This document shows positions 10,261 through 20,005 of a stretch of DNA of 64,000 bases, piece by piece. A program made the translations under genes and the position numbers. The notes under the pieces were generated by a model, which ran no database searches, was not told where the DNA came from, and saw only the letters and a list, made by a program, of their open reading frames with translations. Location of the stretch: NCBI GenBank assembly GCA_964426545.1, contig CAYRQP010000005.1, positions 31,315 to 95,314 of the forward strand. The letters run 5' to 3'. Source of the DNA: an uncultured bacterium. Lineage in GTDB: Bacteria > Fermentibacterota > Fermentibacteria > Fermentibacterales > JCC-6. The stretch's first letter is position 1; every line of letters starts with the position of its first letter.

Positions 10261-10289
10261 AATCTAAGTGGTAATAAAAAGCAAGTCAA
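10261..10289 (-). promoter_or_regulatory. Sigma70-like promoter
   Basis: TTGACT-N17-TAGATT on minus strand upstream of 10183. Confidence 0.5.
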
Positions 10290-10394
10290 GGTAAGAGAAA
10301 GGAGGGGCCGGTTGTTTCGATATCTGGACAAATTGAAAGTTCAAGTTGCAGATTGTCCAAATCAGTTTGGTGTTTCTGCTGTTTGGACTTTCGA

Positions 10395-10834
10395 TTAGAG
10401 TTTATCCAAGGAGAATTCCCGTTCATTACCTTCGAACAGCAGTATCAGGAATCCGCGGGATTTAGAAAGGAGGACTTTTGTGTCATCCACGGATGGAGCA
10501 TGAGGAGGGCAACCAAAGTAATTCCTCAGGATCCCGGAACACGCTTCTATGATGCCATCTGTGCTTGCGTAGGGTATGCAGCAGAATGACTTGATTCTTT
10601 CATCGATGACAGATTGATCGGGGGGCGTCATTCCGGCATGGAGGATGAATTCACTCATACCACTGCAATTTTTCTTATGAGTGATGAGAAGTTCTTTAAT
10701 TGAGTGAAGGTTCTCGCTGTAGAATTCAGTGAAATCAGGGTGGGAGATTCTTTGGAAAGCGGGGAGAGAGATTCACCAAACTCAATGGCGATCTGTTTAT
10801 TCTGTATTATCAGGACCACCTTGCTCCTGTACAT
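10395..10834 (-). pseudogene. Possible degraded or split gene of unknown function
   Basis: 59-aa ORF (10655-10834, AGGA RBS) overlapping an 87-aa ORF (10395-10658) by ATGA; could be one gene with an indel near 10760; no family recognised. Confidence 0.25.
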
Positions 10835-10968
10835 TTAGGTTTCCTGTGTTGAGACTTATAACAGAATAGAAGACGGCCAACAATGCACCGCGAGAATGTC
10901 AGCGATGCAGATGCAAAAAGTGATAGGATAATCCTTTTCACACTCGACACATAACATCTCAGGTATAC

Positions 10969-10997
10969 TTGCTTTATGGATGTAACATACCTATATT
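10969..10997 (+). promoter_or_regulatory. Sigma70-like promoter
   Basis: TTGCTT-N17-TATATT, 33 nt upstream of 11031. Confidence 0.5.
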
Positions 10998-11030
10998 TAG
11001 TCAGGTAAGTAGACGAAAGAGGGGTGTGTT

Positions 11031-12461
11031 TTGTCTAAGAAGCGGATGATATATAGGTATGTTGCGGAGGAATTCAGGGGCTGGGCAGCGTCAGATAATC
11101 CAAAGTGCCTGATTGTACGTGGTGCAAGACAGGTGGGGAAAACGACTGCACTTCTTGATTTCCCGAGTTACTTTCCGGAGAAGCAGGTCTTCCTTTATAT
11201 AAATCTTGAAGAACACAGGAATCTCGAACCGATATTTGCTGCAATGAAGGTATCGGAGATATTCAGTGAATTGTCTTATAGGTCGGGCATCAGTCTCGAA
11301 TCAGAAGGAATTATCGTGTTTCTCGATGAAATTCAGGCTGTTCCGTCTGCATTTGGGGCAATGAGATACCTTCGGGAACACCGTCCGGATGTGCGTTTTG
11401 CCGCTGCAGGTTCTCTTCTTGAAATTGCAATGGCTAAGAAGAACATCTCAGTGCCTGTTGGAAGAATGGACTACAATTTCATGGGAACGGTATCCATAGA
11501 AGAGTATCTAAATGCAGATCCGGCATCGAAAGAAGAGATCAAATGCATGAAGGAGTGGATTCCGGGAGACTACTTTCCTGAAGCTGTACACCGGAACCTT
11601 TCGGATAAACTGCGGGAATATTTAGTCATCGGCGGAATGCCTGAAGCGGTTCAGTCTTTCCTGTCGCATAGGGACATGTCGAAAGTATCAAGAGTTCACT
11701 CATCGATTCTCAACACTTATCGAGATGATTTTGCGAAATACTCTTCAGGTGATGAACTTTTAATGTTGCAGAGAGTATTCGATTGGGTACCGGCAAGAGC
11801 CGGTGATAAAGTCATATATTCAAATATATCGGCAGATGCAAAGGCAATTAAGGTAAGAAAGGCGATAGAGCTGCTTTCAGGTGCCGGAGTTATCTACCCG
11901 GTGGTTCACTCTGCAGGGAACGGAGTCCCGCTTAATGCTGAAAGCAGAGAGTCAGTATTTAAACTGTATTTTCTCGATGTCGGATTGATGAGCAGTTTGA
12001 CCGGAATCACACGAATCTCTGCGGAGAAGATACTCAGTCCCGACTTTGTCAACAGCAGCAGGCTGGCAGAGCAGTTCATTGCCCAGCATCTGTTTTTCAG
12101 GAACCCGTCACGGGAGAAACCATCCCTGAATTACTGGCTGCGCCACGGTAGAAATGCAAATGCGGAAATTGATTTTCTGATTCAGGAGAAGGAGCATGTC
12201 ATTCCAATCGAAGTGAAGGCCGGAAGTTCAGGTAGAATGAAATCGCTTATCAGGTTCCTGTATGAGAAGAATAGCTCTTTTGCTATACGGTTCGATATGA
12301 ACCCCCCTTCACTGCAGAGGGTCGAACATAAACTGGGGAACGGGTTGACAAAGAGCGAAAGGATATCATTCGATCTTCTCTCTCTTCCTCTTTATATGGT
12401 CGGGGAGATAAGCCGTCTTGAGGAGGAGATAAAGTGTGAGAGTAATCATGAAACTGATTAG
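11031..12461 (+). CDS. AAA_14-type ATPase with C-terminal DUF4143 (PD-(D/E)xK-like) domain
   Basis: GARQVGKT, VFLDEIQ, AAGSLL, IGGMPEAV, AEIDFLI..IPIEVKAG. Confidence 0.88.
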   Translation: MSKKRMIYRYVAEEFRGWAASDNPKCLIVRGARQVGKTTALLDFPSYFPEKQVFLYINLEEHRNLEPIFAAMKVSEIFSELSYRSGISLESEGIIVFLDEIQAVPSAFGAMRYLREHRPDVRFAAAGSLLEIAMAKKNISVPVGRMDYNFMGTVSIEEYLNADPASKEEIKCMKEWIPGDYFPEAVHRNLSDKLREYLVIGGMPEAVQSFLSHRDMSKVSRVHSSILNTYRDDFAKYSSGDELLMLQRVFDWVPARAGDKVIYSNISADAKAIKVRKAIELLSGAGVIYPVVHSAGNGVPLNAESRESVFKLYFLDVGLMSSLTGITRISAEKILSPDFVNSSRLAEQFIAQHLFFRNPSREKPSLNYWLRHGRNANAEIDFLIQEKEHVIPIEVKAGSSGRMKSLIRFLYEKNSSFAIRFDMNPPSLQRVEHKLGNGLTKSERISFDLLSLPLYMVGEISRLEEEIKCESNHETD

Positions 12462-13788
12462 AAACGCACAGGTATCAGACGGGAAGAGCGGGACAAAACG
12501 GGTCGACCTCCTGTTCGATGAGAAAATCCGGCAGATATCTGAATCTCCGATTGATATTCAGGATGCAGAGGTCATCGACCTTGGAGGAAAACTGCTGGTT
12601 CCGGGTTGTATCGATCCTCATGTGCATTTCAACGACCCGGGTTTCACTCACGGGGAGGATTTTGAGACAGGGACTGCATCTGCCGCCTGTGGAGGAATCA
12701 CGACTGTCATCGATATGCCATGTACTTCGGTTCCGGCTGTTACGAATGTCTCGAATCTTAGGACTAAACTTAAGGCAGTCGAAGGAAAAGCACTCATCGA
12801 TTATGCACTTTTCGGTGGTATTAGGAAGAACGACCTGCCTGTGGATTCCGCACAGCTGAGGGAACTATCGGATGCGGGTGTCGCGGGATTCAAGATTTAT
12901 ACAATTTCGGGGATGGATTCATTCAAGGCGTTGTCCTATGATGAAATAGGGCGAGTTCTTACTGAAAATCCCGGGCAGTTATTTCTGTTTCATGCTGAGG
13001 ATGAGGAAATCATCAGATTGGCGGAAAGTGCAGCGGGAAATGTTACTCCGGTAAACTTCAGTGAAACCAGACCTGCTGCTGCGGAAGCAGAAGCGGTCAA
13101 AAGAGTTATTGGGCTGATGGGGGAATCGAATAGAGTGCATTTCGTACACATAAGCAGCAGAGAAGCAGCAGAGATCATTTTGAATTCAGACAAGGATGTT
13201 TCCTTCGAAACATGTCCGCATTTCCTGCGGTTTACATCGAGTGATTTTCCCCGGTTGAAAGGGCGACTGAAAACAGTTCCGCCGGTAAAGGGTGAAGGTG
13301 ACAGGGAGTTTCTCCGAATCTGTGTTTTCGGAGGAGATGTTGATTTTATCGCGACGGACCACGCAGGATGTGTCTGGCCCGATGAGAAAGACTTTACTGA
13401 TTTCTCGAAGGTGTACAACGGGATACCGGGGACTGAACTGATGGTGCCTTATCTCTTCTCTGAGTTTTATAATGGTATGGGGGTTTCACTCGAGACAATA
13501 ATTGAGATAACTTCGCGGGGTGCTGCCCTAAGATACGGACTGTACCCAAATAAGGGAAGTTTGAAAATTGGTACTGATGCGGACTTTACAGTGATAAATC
13601 CGGTGGAATCCTATGAAGTGGATGAAAGCAGATTACACTGCAGGGGGAAATATTCACCCTTCGACGGGACTGCATTTTCCTGTTCTGTCGACCGTACTAT
13701 TGTGCGGGGTGAGACTGTGTTTAAGATAAATTCAGGCATAATGGTTAAGCCGGGATACGGGAGGTTTTGTGAACCGGATACTGATTAA
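12448..13788 (+). CDS. Cyclic amidohydrolase (allantoinase/dihydroorotase/dihydropyrimidinase family)
   Basis: PGCIDPHVHFNDPG, GGITTVIDMP, FHAED, ETCPHFL, ATDHA, IGTDADF; start may be GTG 12436. Confidence 0.88.
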   Translation: MKLIRNAQVSDGKSGTKRVDLLFDEKIRQISESPIDIQDAEVIDLGGKLLVPGCIDPHVHFNDPGFTHGEDFETGTASAACGGITTVIDMPCTSVPAVTNVSNLRTKLKAVEGKALIDYALFGGIRKNDLPVDSAQLRELSDAGVAGFKIYTISGMDSFKALSYDEIGRVLTENPGQLFLFHAEDEEIIRLAESAAGNVTPVNFSETRPAAAEAEAVKRVIGLMGESNRVHFVHISSREAAEIILNSDKDVSFETCPHFLRFTSSDFPRLKGRLKTVPPVKGEGDREFLRICVFGGDVDFIATDHAGCVWPDEKDFTDFSKVYNGIPGTELMVPYLFSEFYNGMGVSLETIIEITSRGAALRYGLYPNKGSLKIGTDADFTVINPVESYEVDESRLHCRGKYSPFDGTAFSCSVDRTIVRGETVFKINSGIMVKPGYGRFCEPDTD

Positions 13789-15157
13789 GGACGCAATGCT
13801 GATTGCGACCATGAATGACAGCGGTACGGAGATTACGAATGGATATGTCTGTATCGAAGATGATAAGATTATCGATGTGGGTACAGGTATTTTTGAAGGG
13901 AGTACCGATACGGTCATAGATGCTTCCGGGATGGTTGTTCTTCCCGGATTTGTGAACACTCATCATCATCTATATCAATCTCTTACGCGTAATATCCCCG
14001 CAATGCAGGACCTTCCGCTTTTTGGCTGGTTGACAAGACACTATGAAGTGTGGAGAGAACTGACAGAAGAAGCTGTATATGTAAGTGCGAAGACGGGAAT
14101 ACTGGAGCTGATGAAGTCAGGTACTACCACTACTTCGGATCATCTGTATCTTTTTCCGCACAAGACCGACGGGAGGCTGATAGACGCAGAGATCAAGGCA
14201 GCACAGGAGCTTGGAGTGAGGTTCCAGCCGACACGAGGTTCGATGAGCCTTGGGAAGTCTGCAGGGGGGTTACCGCCTGACGACACGGTTCAGACGGAAG
14301 CTGAGATACTATCGGATACGAAGCGATTGGTGTGCGAGTATCATGATGCAGCACCGGGTGCCATGACGCGTATATCAGTGGCTCCCTGCTCGCCGTTCTC
14401 TGTTACTCCTGAACTTATGCGGCAGACGGCGGAATTCGCTCTCGAAAACGGACTTCAGATGCACACTCATCTTGCAGAAACTGCTGATGAGGAGGATTTC
14501 TGCCTGGAGACTTTTGGAAAAAGACCGTGCGGATATGTCGATAACCTCGGCTGGATGAATGACAGCGCATGGTTTGCACACTGTGTATATCTGAGCGATG
14601 AGGAGATGACCCGAATGGGAGAAGCCGGAGTTGGTGTTTCACACTGCCCAACATCCAATATGCGCCTGGGGAGCGGAATCGCACCGATAAGGGAACTGCT
14701 GGATGCTGGGGTCAGGGTCAGCCTTGGTGTGGACGGTTCCGCTTCGAATGATTCAGGAAATATGCTGATGGAAATTCGCAATGCAATGCTACTTTCAAGG
14801 CTCCGGGAAGAGGAGTATTGGTTGTCGGCACGGGATGTGCTTGCAATGGCCACGCGCGGGGGCGCTGCTACTCTTGGACGGGATGACATAGGGGAGATAA
14901 CACTCGGCAAACAGGCTGATATCGCTCTCTTTTCGGTGGATGGAATCGAATATGCCGGCGGAATGTCAGACCCGCTTGCGGCACTTGTATTCAGCGTCCG
15001 AATGTCACCTGTTGACTATCTGATTGTGAACGGTGTGATACGGATTTCAGAAGGAGAGTCCGCTATGGATGAAGTTATGCTGGTTTCAGCACATAACGAA
15101 ATAGCAGCAGGAATGCTTGCCGGCGCGGAAGTTGCATCCGGAATGAAGTTCAGTTAG
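13769..15157 (+). CDS. 8-oxoguanine deaminase-like amidohydrolase
   Basis: PGFVNTHHHLYQSLTR, SGTTTTSDHLY, APCSPFSV, HTHLAET, HCPTSNMRLGSG, LGVDGSASND. Confidence 0.85.
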   Translation: MNRILIKDAMLIATMNDSGTEITNGYVCIEDDKIIDVGTGIFEGSTDTVIDASGMVVLPGFVNTHHHLYQSLTRNIPAMQDLPLFGWLTRHYEVWRELTEEAVYVSAKTGILELMKSGTTTTSDHLYLFPHKTDGRLIDAEIKAAQELGVRFQPTRGSMSLGKSAGGLPPDDTVQTEAEILSDTKRLVCEYHDAAPGAMTRISVAPCSPFSVTPELMRQTAEFALENGLQMHTHLAETADEEDFCLETFGKRPCGYVDNLGWMNDSAWFAHCVYLSDEEMTRMGEAGVGVSHCPTSNMRLGSGIAPIRELLDAGVRVSLGVDGSASNDSGNMLMEIRNAMLLSRLREEEYWLSARDVLAMATRGGAATLGRDDIGEITLGKQADIALFSVDGIEYAGGMSDPLAALVFSVRMSPVDYLIVNGVIRISEGESAMDEVMLVSAHNEIAAGMLAGAEVASGMKFS

Positions 15158-15165
15158 TTCAATGG

Positions 15166-15201
15166 GGACGGAGGAGTGTTTTACGAAGAACTCCTCCGTC
15201 C
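15166..15201. terminator. Hairpin between convergent genes
   Basis: GGACGGAGGAGT / ACTCCTCCGTCC, perfect 12-bp stem, 12-nt loop. Confidence 0.65.
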
Positions 15202-15205
15202 ACAA

Positions 15206-16429
15206 TTACTCTTTTGTAATTTCTCCGGCCTTCGTGAGTGCGTATTTCGCCATCAGCGGGCCGATTATCTCGAATATTATGCAGGTTGCAGCAACAGTGG
15301 TGATTACATCGGAACCTATCTTTGCTCCATGAACACCCAGGTGTGAAAACTGCTGAGCAACGACAATCGACAGACCTATTGCCACGCCTGCCTGCGAGAG
15401 AATTCCCATACCGAGATATTTAACGGTATTTACAGGAGCTTTACCTATTCTGGCACCCAGTCCTGCTCCGACTATTTTACCCATAGAACGGAAGACAATG
15501 TAAAAGAGTCCGACCAATCCAAGGGCAGGAAGTGCCGAGATATCCAGATGCGCACCAGCAAGGAAGAAGAAGAGGATGAAAATAAGGGGCATGATAGGTC
15601 TCAGCCTACCAGCCACGGTTGCGGTCTCACTTCTGGATGTGTTGCACAGAACGAATCCCATTGCCATCGGTGTCAGTATTGCAGAGAGGTGATATGTGAG
15701 AGCCAGTCCGACTGAAAGACAAACAAAGCCGAATGTGAGGGCTGGGATATTGTCTTTTGAGCGGAGTTTTCGAACGAGCCAGGTGTAGAGAAGTCCGATT
15801 CCAAGTCCTGTAGCGATGCTCAGGACAACTTCGAGGGCAGGTTCGGCTATTGTTGTAAGCATGTTAGAAGAAGTTCCGGCTTTCGCTGCAAGAAGCGATT
15901 TACTAAACGCCGAAGCGAATCCGAAAATGAGTACGGCAAGCCCGTCGTCGAACCCGACAACAGCGTACATAGTTTGGGTAAGATTGCCTTTTGCGCGGTA
16001 TTCCTGAATGATAGCAACGGTGCCTGCAGGTGCGGTTGCGGGTGCCATAGCGCCGAAGATAAGTGCAAGGGGAATGTCTTTTGTAAGCAGGTAGATTGCT
16101 CCTGCAACAAGAAAGAAAGTCAATACTGTTTCGAAAAGCAGAATGGTGATGATGTTGTTTCCGAGTTTCTTCAGGGTTTTTAAACTAAGTTCCGAACCGA
16201 TGCTGAAAGCGACAAAACCGAGAGCGATGTTCGGGATGAATGAAAGTTGTCTGAGAAGAACCTCGTTGAACAGGTCAAGGAGTGAAATCCCCATCAAAAC
16301 GCCCGCGATCATGAATCCAATCAGGGAGGGGAGTCCGAATTTTCTGGCGAGTTTACCCGAGTACAGGCTGAACAGAATGGCGATTCCGATTAGTGCCAGT
16401 GAGTTTACTGTGTGGAAATCGACGTGCAT
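15206..16429 (-). CDS. Cation:proton antiporter (Na+/H+ exchanger family)
   Basis: About 12 TM; AFSIGSEL, APATAPAGT, VVGFDDG, FFFLAGAHL, QAGVAIGLS. Confidence 0.9.
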   Translation of the reverse strand: MHVDFHTVNSLALIGIAILFSLYSGKLARKFGLPSLIGFMIAGVLMGISLLDLFNEVLLRQLSFIPNIALGFVAFSIGSELSLKTLKKLGNNIITILLFETVLTFFLVAGAIYLLTKDIPLALIFGAMAPATAPAGTVAIIQEYRAKGNLTQTMYAVVGFDDGLAVLIFGFASAFSKSLLAAKAGTSSNMLTTIAEPALEVVLSIATGLGIGLLYTWLVRKLRSKDNIPALTFGFVCLSVGLALTYHLSAILTPMAMGFVLCNTSRSETATVAGRLRPIMPLIFILFFFLAGAHLDISALPALGLVGLFYIVFRSMGKIVGAGLGARIGKAPVNTVKYLGMGILSQAGVAIGLSIVVAQQFSHLGVHGAKIGSDVITTVAATCIIFEIIGPLMAKYALTKAGEITKE

Positions 16430-16444
16430 ATCCTATGGCTTCTT

Positions 16445-17254
16445 TCAGAAATCGAGAGAACCGAGTACTCTGTGAAGGTCGGAAACAGTGACCATTATGT
16501 CATTCCTTTTTGACAGAGCACCACAGGAGAACTCGATATTCCGCAATGCAGCATTAACAAGTTCATCTCTGACGACAGCCATGATGATTCTGTTGAAATC
16601 CTGTGTGTCGGTGTTCCAGAAACCCGCATAGAAGGGGATGTCTTTCAAATAACGCGTGGATTCATCCGCATCCATGACCATAGCGTATGTATCATCCATC
16701 GATGCAAATACCTGAAGAACATCGTCGAAAATGTCTTCATTCTGAATAAAAACATGGATAAGTTTATTCCCGGAGGTTTTTTCAGGTACTTCCTGCGGTA
16801 TATGCGTCTTTTCTTCGAATAGTTGAATTATCTCATCAGTATCTTTTGCATTCCGAAGATGTGCACGGAAATCCTCATCACGAAGAGCTCCGGTAATAGT
16901 GCTCAGTATCTTCAAATGCTTCTTCGGTTTGTCTTCCGGCCCCACAACAAAGGGAAAGAGGTCAACAACTTCATTATCCACAGCATCGAAATCGATTCCG
17001 TTGTCCAATATGACCAGTCCAACGACAAATTCAGTAAGGGAGGGGATGCGGCAGTGTGGAATGGCTATTCCATGCCCGCAGGAGGTGGACCCTATTCTTT
17101 CCCGTTCGTTCAACGCATCCAGAACAGTATCAACGTTGCCGGATAATGCAGCATGTGCAGTAAGGCGTGCAATAATCCCAAGAATTTCATCTGAATTACC
17201 TGCTGTCGAAAGCAGTCTAATTGCTTTTGGTTCAATAACTTTCGAAATATCCAT
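16445..17254 (-). CDS. PTS EIIA (Ntr/Fru-type) domain fused to a P-II-like C-terminal domain
   Basis: RERIGSTSCGHGIAIPH (phospho-His motif), HLKILSTI; C-terminal ~105 aa (KLIHVFIQNED..DIPFYAGF..RIIMAVVRDE) resembles antiporter-associated P-II-like proteins. Confidence 0.75.
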   Translation of the reverse strand: MDISKVIEPKAIRLLSTAGNSDEILGIIARLTAHAALSGNVDTVLDALNERERIGSTSCGHGIAIPHCRIPSLTEFVVGLVILDNGIDFDAVDNEVVDLFPFVVGPEDKPKKHLKILSTITGALRDEDFRAHLRNAKDTDEIIQLFEEKTHIPQEVPEKTSGNKLIHVFIQNEDIFDDVLQVFASMDDTYAMVMDADESTRYLKDIPFYAGFWNTDTQDFNRIIMAVVRDELVNAALRNIEFSCGALSKRNDIMVTVSDLHRVLGSLDF

Positions 17255-17269
17255 CCTATCCTCCGTATC

Positions 17270-17974
17270 CTATTTAGTCATTATCGAACTGATAATGGGA
17301 AGAAGCTCCGAAAAATTCTCAATTGTCAGAACTGAGCCCGCGTCTGCGAAATCTTCTCTTTCCGCCGCCCAGGTCCTGTCTTTGACAACATGCACAGCTC
17401 TCACGCCGTTGGTAAGTGCAGGATTGATGTCCGAGCGCGGGCTATTACCGACGAGCACGCAGGCAGAAGCATCGGTTGTTTTATCTTCGAGCAGTTTCCG
17501 AAGGCTCTCAGGGGTCTTCACCGGCACAACGCAGCATTCTTCGACAAGGGCCGTCAATCCGGACCTGTTGAACTTGTCCAACTGGTGGTCAGGTTCGCCC
17601 ATAGTATAGACTATCATGGGTATAGACATCTTCTTAATGGTCATAAGGGTGTCGAATACCCCCGGCAGCAGTATAAGGGGATGATACAAGAGAGCAGTCT
17701 CAAGGTCCTTCATCGACTTCTGCACCCAGGGCGGGGGAGAGGGGACAAGGTCATTCATAATGGTCTTCAATGTGTCTATATAAGGTCTTGCGCCATAGCC
17801 CGTTAAAGCAAGCCGCTCCACATCAAGGCGGTGTACAATGCGCCTGACATCGTCCCTGCGGTGTCCCAGGGCTTCCATCAACCCGAGAAAGTCATGTTCC
17901 GTTCTCTCGAAAAAGAGTCCGCTTTCCCACAAGGTGTCATCTGCATCGAGCATCAACAATTGTATTTCAGCCAT
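17270..17974 (-). CDS. HAD-superfamily hydrolase
   Basis: LDADDTLWE, VYTMGE, LVGNSPRSDINPA. Confidence 0.88.
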   Translation of the reverse strand: MAEIQLLMLDADDTLWESGLFFERTEHDFLGLMEALGHRRDDVRRIVHRLDVERLALTGYGARPYIDTLKTIMNDLVPSPPPWVQKSMKDLETALLYHPLILLPGVFDTLMTIKKMSIPMIVYTMGEPDHQLDKFNRSGLTALVEECCVVPVKTPESLRKLLEDKTTDASACVLVGNSPRSDINPALTNGVRAVHVVKDRTWAAEREDFADAGSVLTIENFSELLPIISSIMTK

Positions 17975-18781
17975 GTTTTAACTCCTTAAACAGATTGCGA
18001 ATATACAAGGATGAAGAAAAATGACAATGAATATTCCGCATTTCAAGCGTACTTGCGGATCAAAAATGCTGATACAGTAATTGTGGAAAGTACGAGAATC
18101 GAATTTTAAGACCGTAATGTTAACTTGTCTCTCATAAAGGCTGGTATAGCGTCGATGTGTGAATCAATAACAAGATTAGTCACGAGGTTTGTAAACTCAG
18201 AAGAAGTCAGATGACGGATATGAGTTAATAGGTTTTAGATTTAGTTATCCAGATTGAGATAGATTTTAAACAATTCTGTAAGATATAGACTATGAAATAT
18301 ATACAGATAATTATACTGTCTTTCTATATGACTGGTTCCGGACAATCCTGTGGAAATCGTGCCTGTATATGAAAAAGTGCACAGATAGTATGAAAAAGTA
18401 TTAACGTGAGTTGCTAGGGAAAATTCCCCCGATAGTCAGATATACAATGTATACGCAACCCGCAGTAAACAATTAACACAAACTATAAATATAAGAGTAT
18501 AAATGATATACATGCGTGTGTAGAAAATGACAATACATAATAGAATATCGTGAAACTGTGTGCGTAAACGCTTGAAAGATACAGTTTATTTGCAGGTGGG
18601 AACAATGTACTTCACTTGTGATAACTCTTGACATGGCGCTATATATTTTACAGAATTGTTTACAACCGTACTAAAGAAATCCCGAAGAAAGGGATTGAAC
18701 TAATGAGAGGGGATATTATGTGATTCGAGTGCTTGTTGCTGCAGGTTGTAGTTATAGATTCCCACCGGAAAGGAAAACGCA

Positions 18782-19981
18782 GTGAAAATTCAAAAGAAAA
18801 CTGCAATTGTGCTGTTCATAATCACCATTATACTCTCCATACTCAGTTGCTCTGAGAAACCGAAAATGTTGGAAACGGTTACCGTAGTCGACGAAAATCA
18901 GGTTGTGGAGACAGTAGAGGTAGACATTTCAATAGAAACACCATTGCTGAAGATCGGTTTTGTAAAGCAGGACCACCATTCTGCTGTATTCGTCTCGGCC
19001 CTCCGTGCTGAAGAGATGAGTAAGATGTATCCCACATATCTGATGCCGATGGGAGAACAGTTCTATGCTCTAATCGAGAATGATATTAAAATAGCTGAGA
19101 TTGAATTCATTCAGTCACAGGGCGCGATTAATGTACCTAACAACATGGTAGCCGGCTTGTTCGATATTGGTTTTGGAGGTGTAATTCCGTTTGCAGCAAG
19201 CGCAGACAAGGGAAGCGGAATCAAAATAATAAGTCCGATGCATACAAGGGGAGACATGCTTGTTGTTTCTATCGAGAATGAATTCGTTATCGACTGGGAG
19301 GGTTTTGTCGATTTCGTACAAATGAGGGAAGAACCGCTGATAGTCGGTTTCAAGAGTCCGAAGGCAGTTGCACTGCTGATATTCGAGTCGGCACTTACAG
19401 AAGTCGGAATACCATGGAGCATGCAGTCTGACCCGCAGCCCGGTTCGAAAATTTTGCTGAGTAATGTCCAGGGTCAGCCGAACCTGAATCCGTCGCTTCA
19501 GAACGGCATCATCGATGCATATATTTCGAACAATCCCGCATGTGCCCTGGCGGAGCACAACGGTATAGGTAGATGTGTTGCTGAACTGTCTGACCTACCG
19601 CCGGGTGATTTCGAGAATCATCCCTGCTGCGCAATTGCAGCAACTGAAACGGCAATGATTGAGAAAGCCGATGAAATAGCCGCAGTACTTCGTCTCTTTG
19701 AATGTGCAACTGATTATATCAATAAGAACCCGCAGGATGCTGCTGCAGCAGCGGCTGAGTGGATCGGAAATCCCGTCGAAGTAGAAGAGATTTCAATGGC
19801 TACCAGCGGTTATGACATGAACATTTCGGAAGACTGGCTCGCCAACATGAATGCCATTCTTGCGAACATGCGCAATCTCGGGACATTCACGGGACCTTTG
19901 GCAGAAGAGGATGCCGAAGGGAACAGAGTTTTTCTCTACGACTTTTCATTCCTGCCTGTAAATCAGATAATCTGTCATTAG
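18782..19981 (+). CDS. ABC transporter substrate-binding lipoprotein, NitT/TauT family
   Basis: Lipobox-like ILSC; IGFVKQDHH, HPCC; followed by permease and ATPase. Confidence 0.8.
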   Translation: MKIQKKTAIVLFIITIILSILSCSEKPKMLETVTVVDENQVVETVEVDISIETPLLKIGFVKQDHHSAVFVSALRAEEMSKMYPTYLMPMGEQFYALIENDIKIAEIEFIQSQGAINVPNNMVAGLFDIGFGGVIPFAASADKGSGIKIISPMHTRGDMLVVSIENEFVIDWEGFVDFVQMREEPLIVGFKSPKAVALLIFESALTEVGIPWSMQSDPQPGSKILLSNVQGQPNLNPSLQNGIIDAYISNNPACALAEHNGIGRCVAELSDLPPGDFENHPCCAIAATETAMIEKADEIAAVLRLFECATDYINKNPQDAAAAAAEWIGNPVEVEEISMATSGYDMNISEDWLANMNAILANMRNLGTFTGPLAEEDAEGNRVFLYDFSFLPVNQIICH

Positions 19982-20005
19982 AACGGATAAGGCAAGGGAA
20001 GTGAA

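Noticed and set aside
16899-17806. Long antisense ORFs (e.g. 16899-17609, 17390-17806)
   Set aside because: Shadow frames of well-supported opposite-strand genes; the same applies to most nested ORFs in the track
17975-18781. tRNA, riboswitch or small gene in the long intergenic region
   Set aside because: Only short hairpins and a 32-aa ORF without recognisable features; a covariance-model search is needed to exclude an RNA fully
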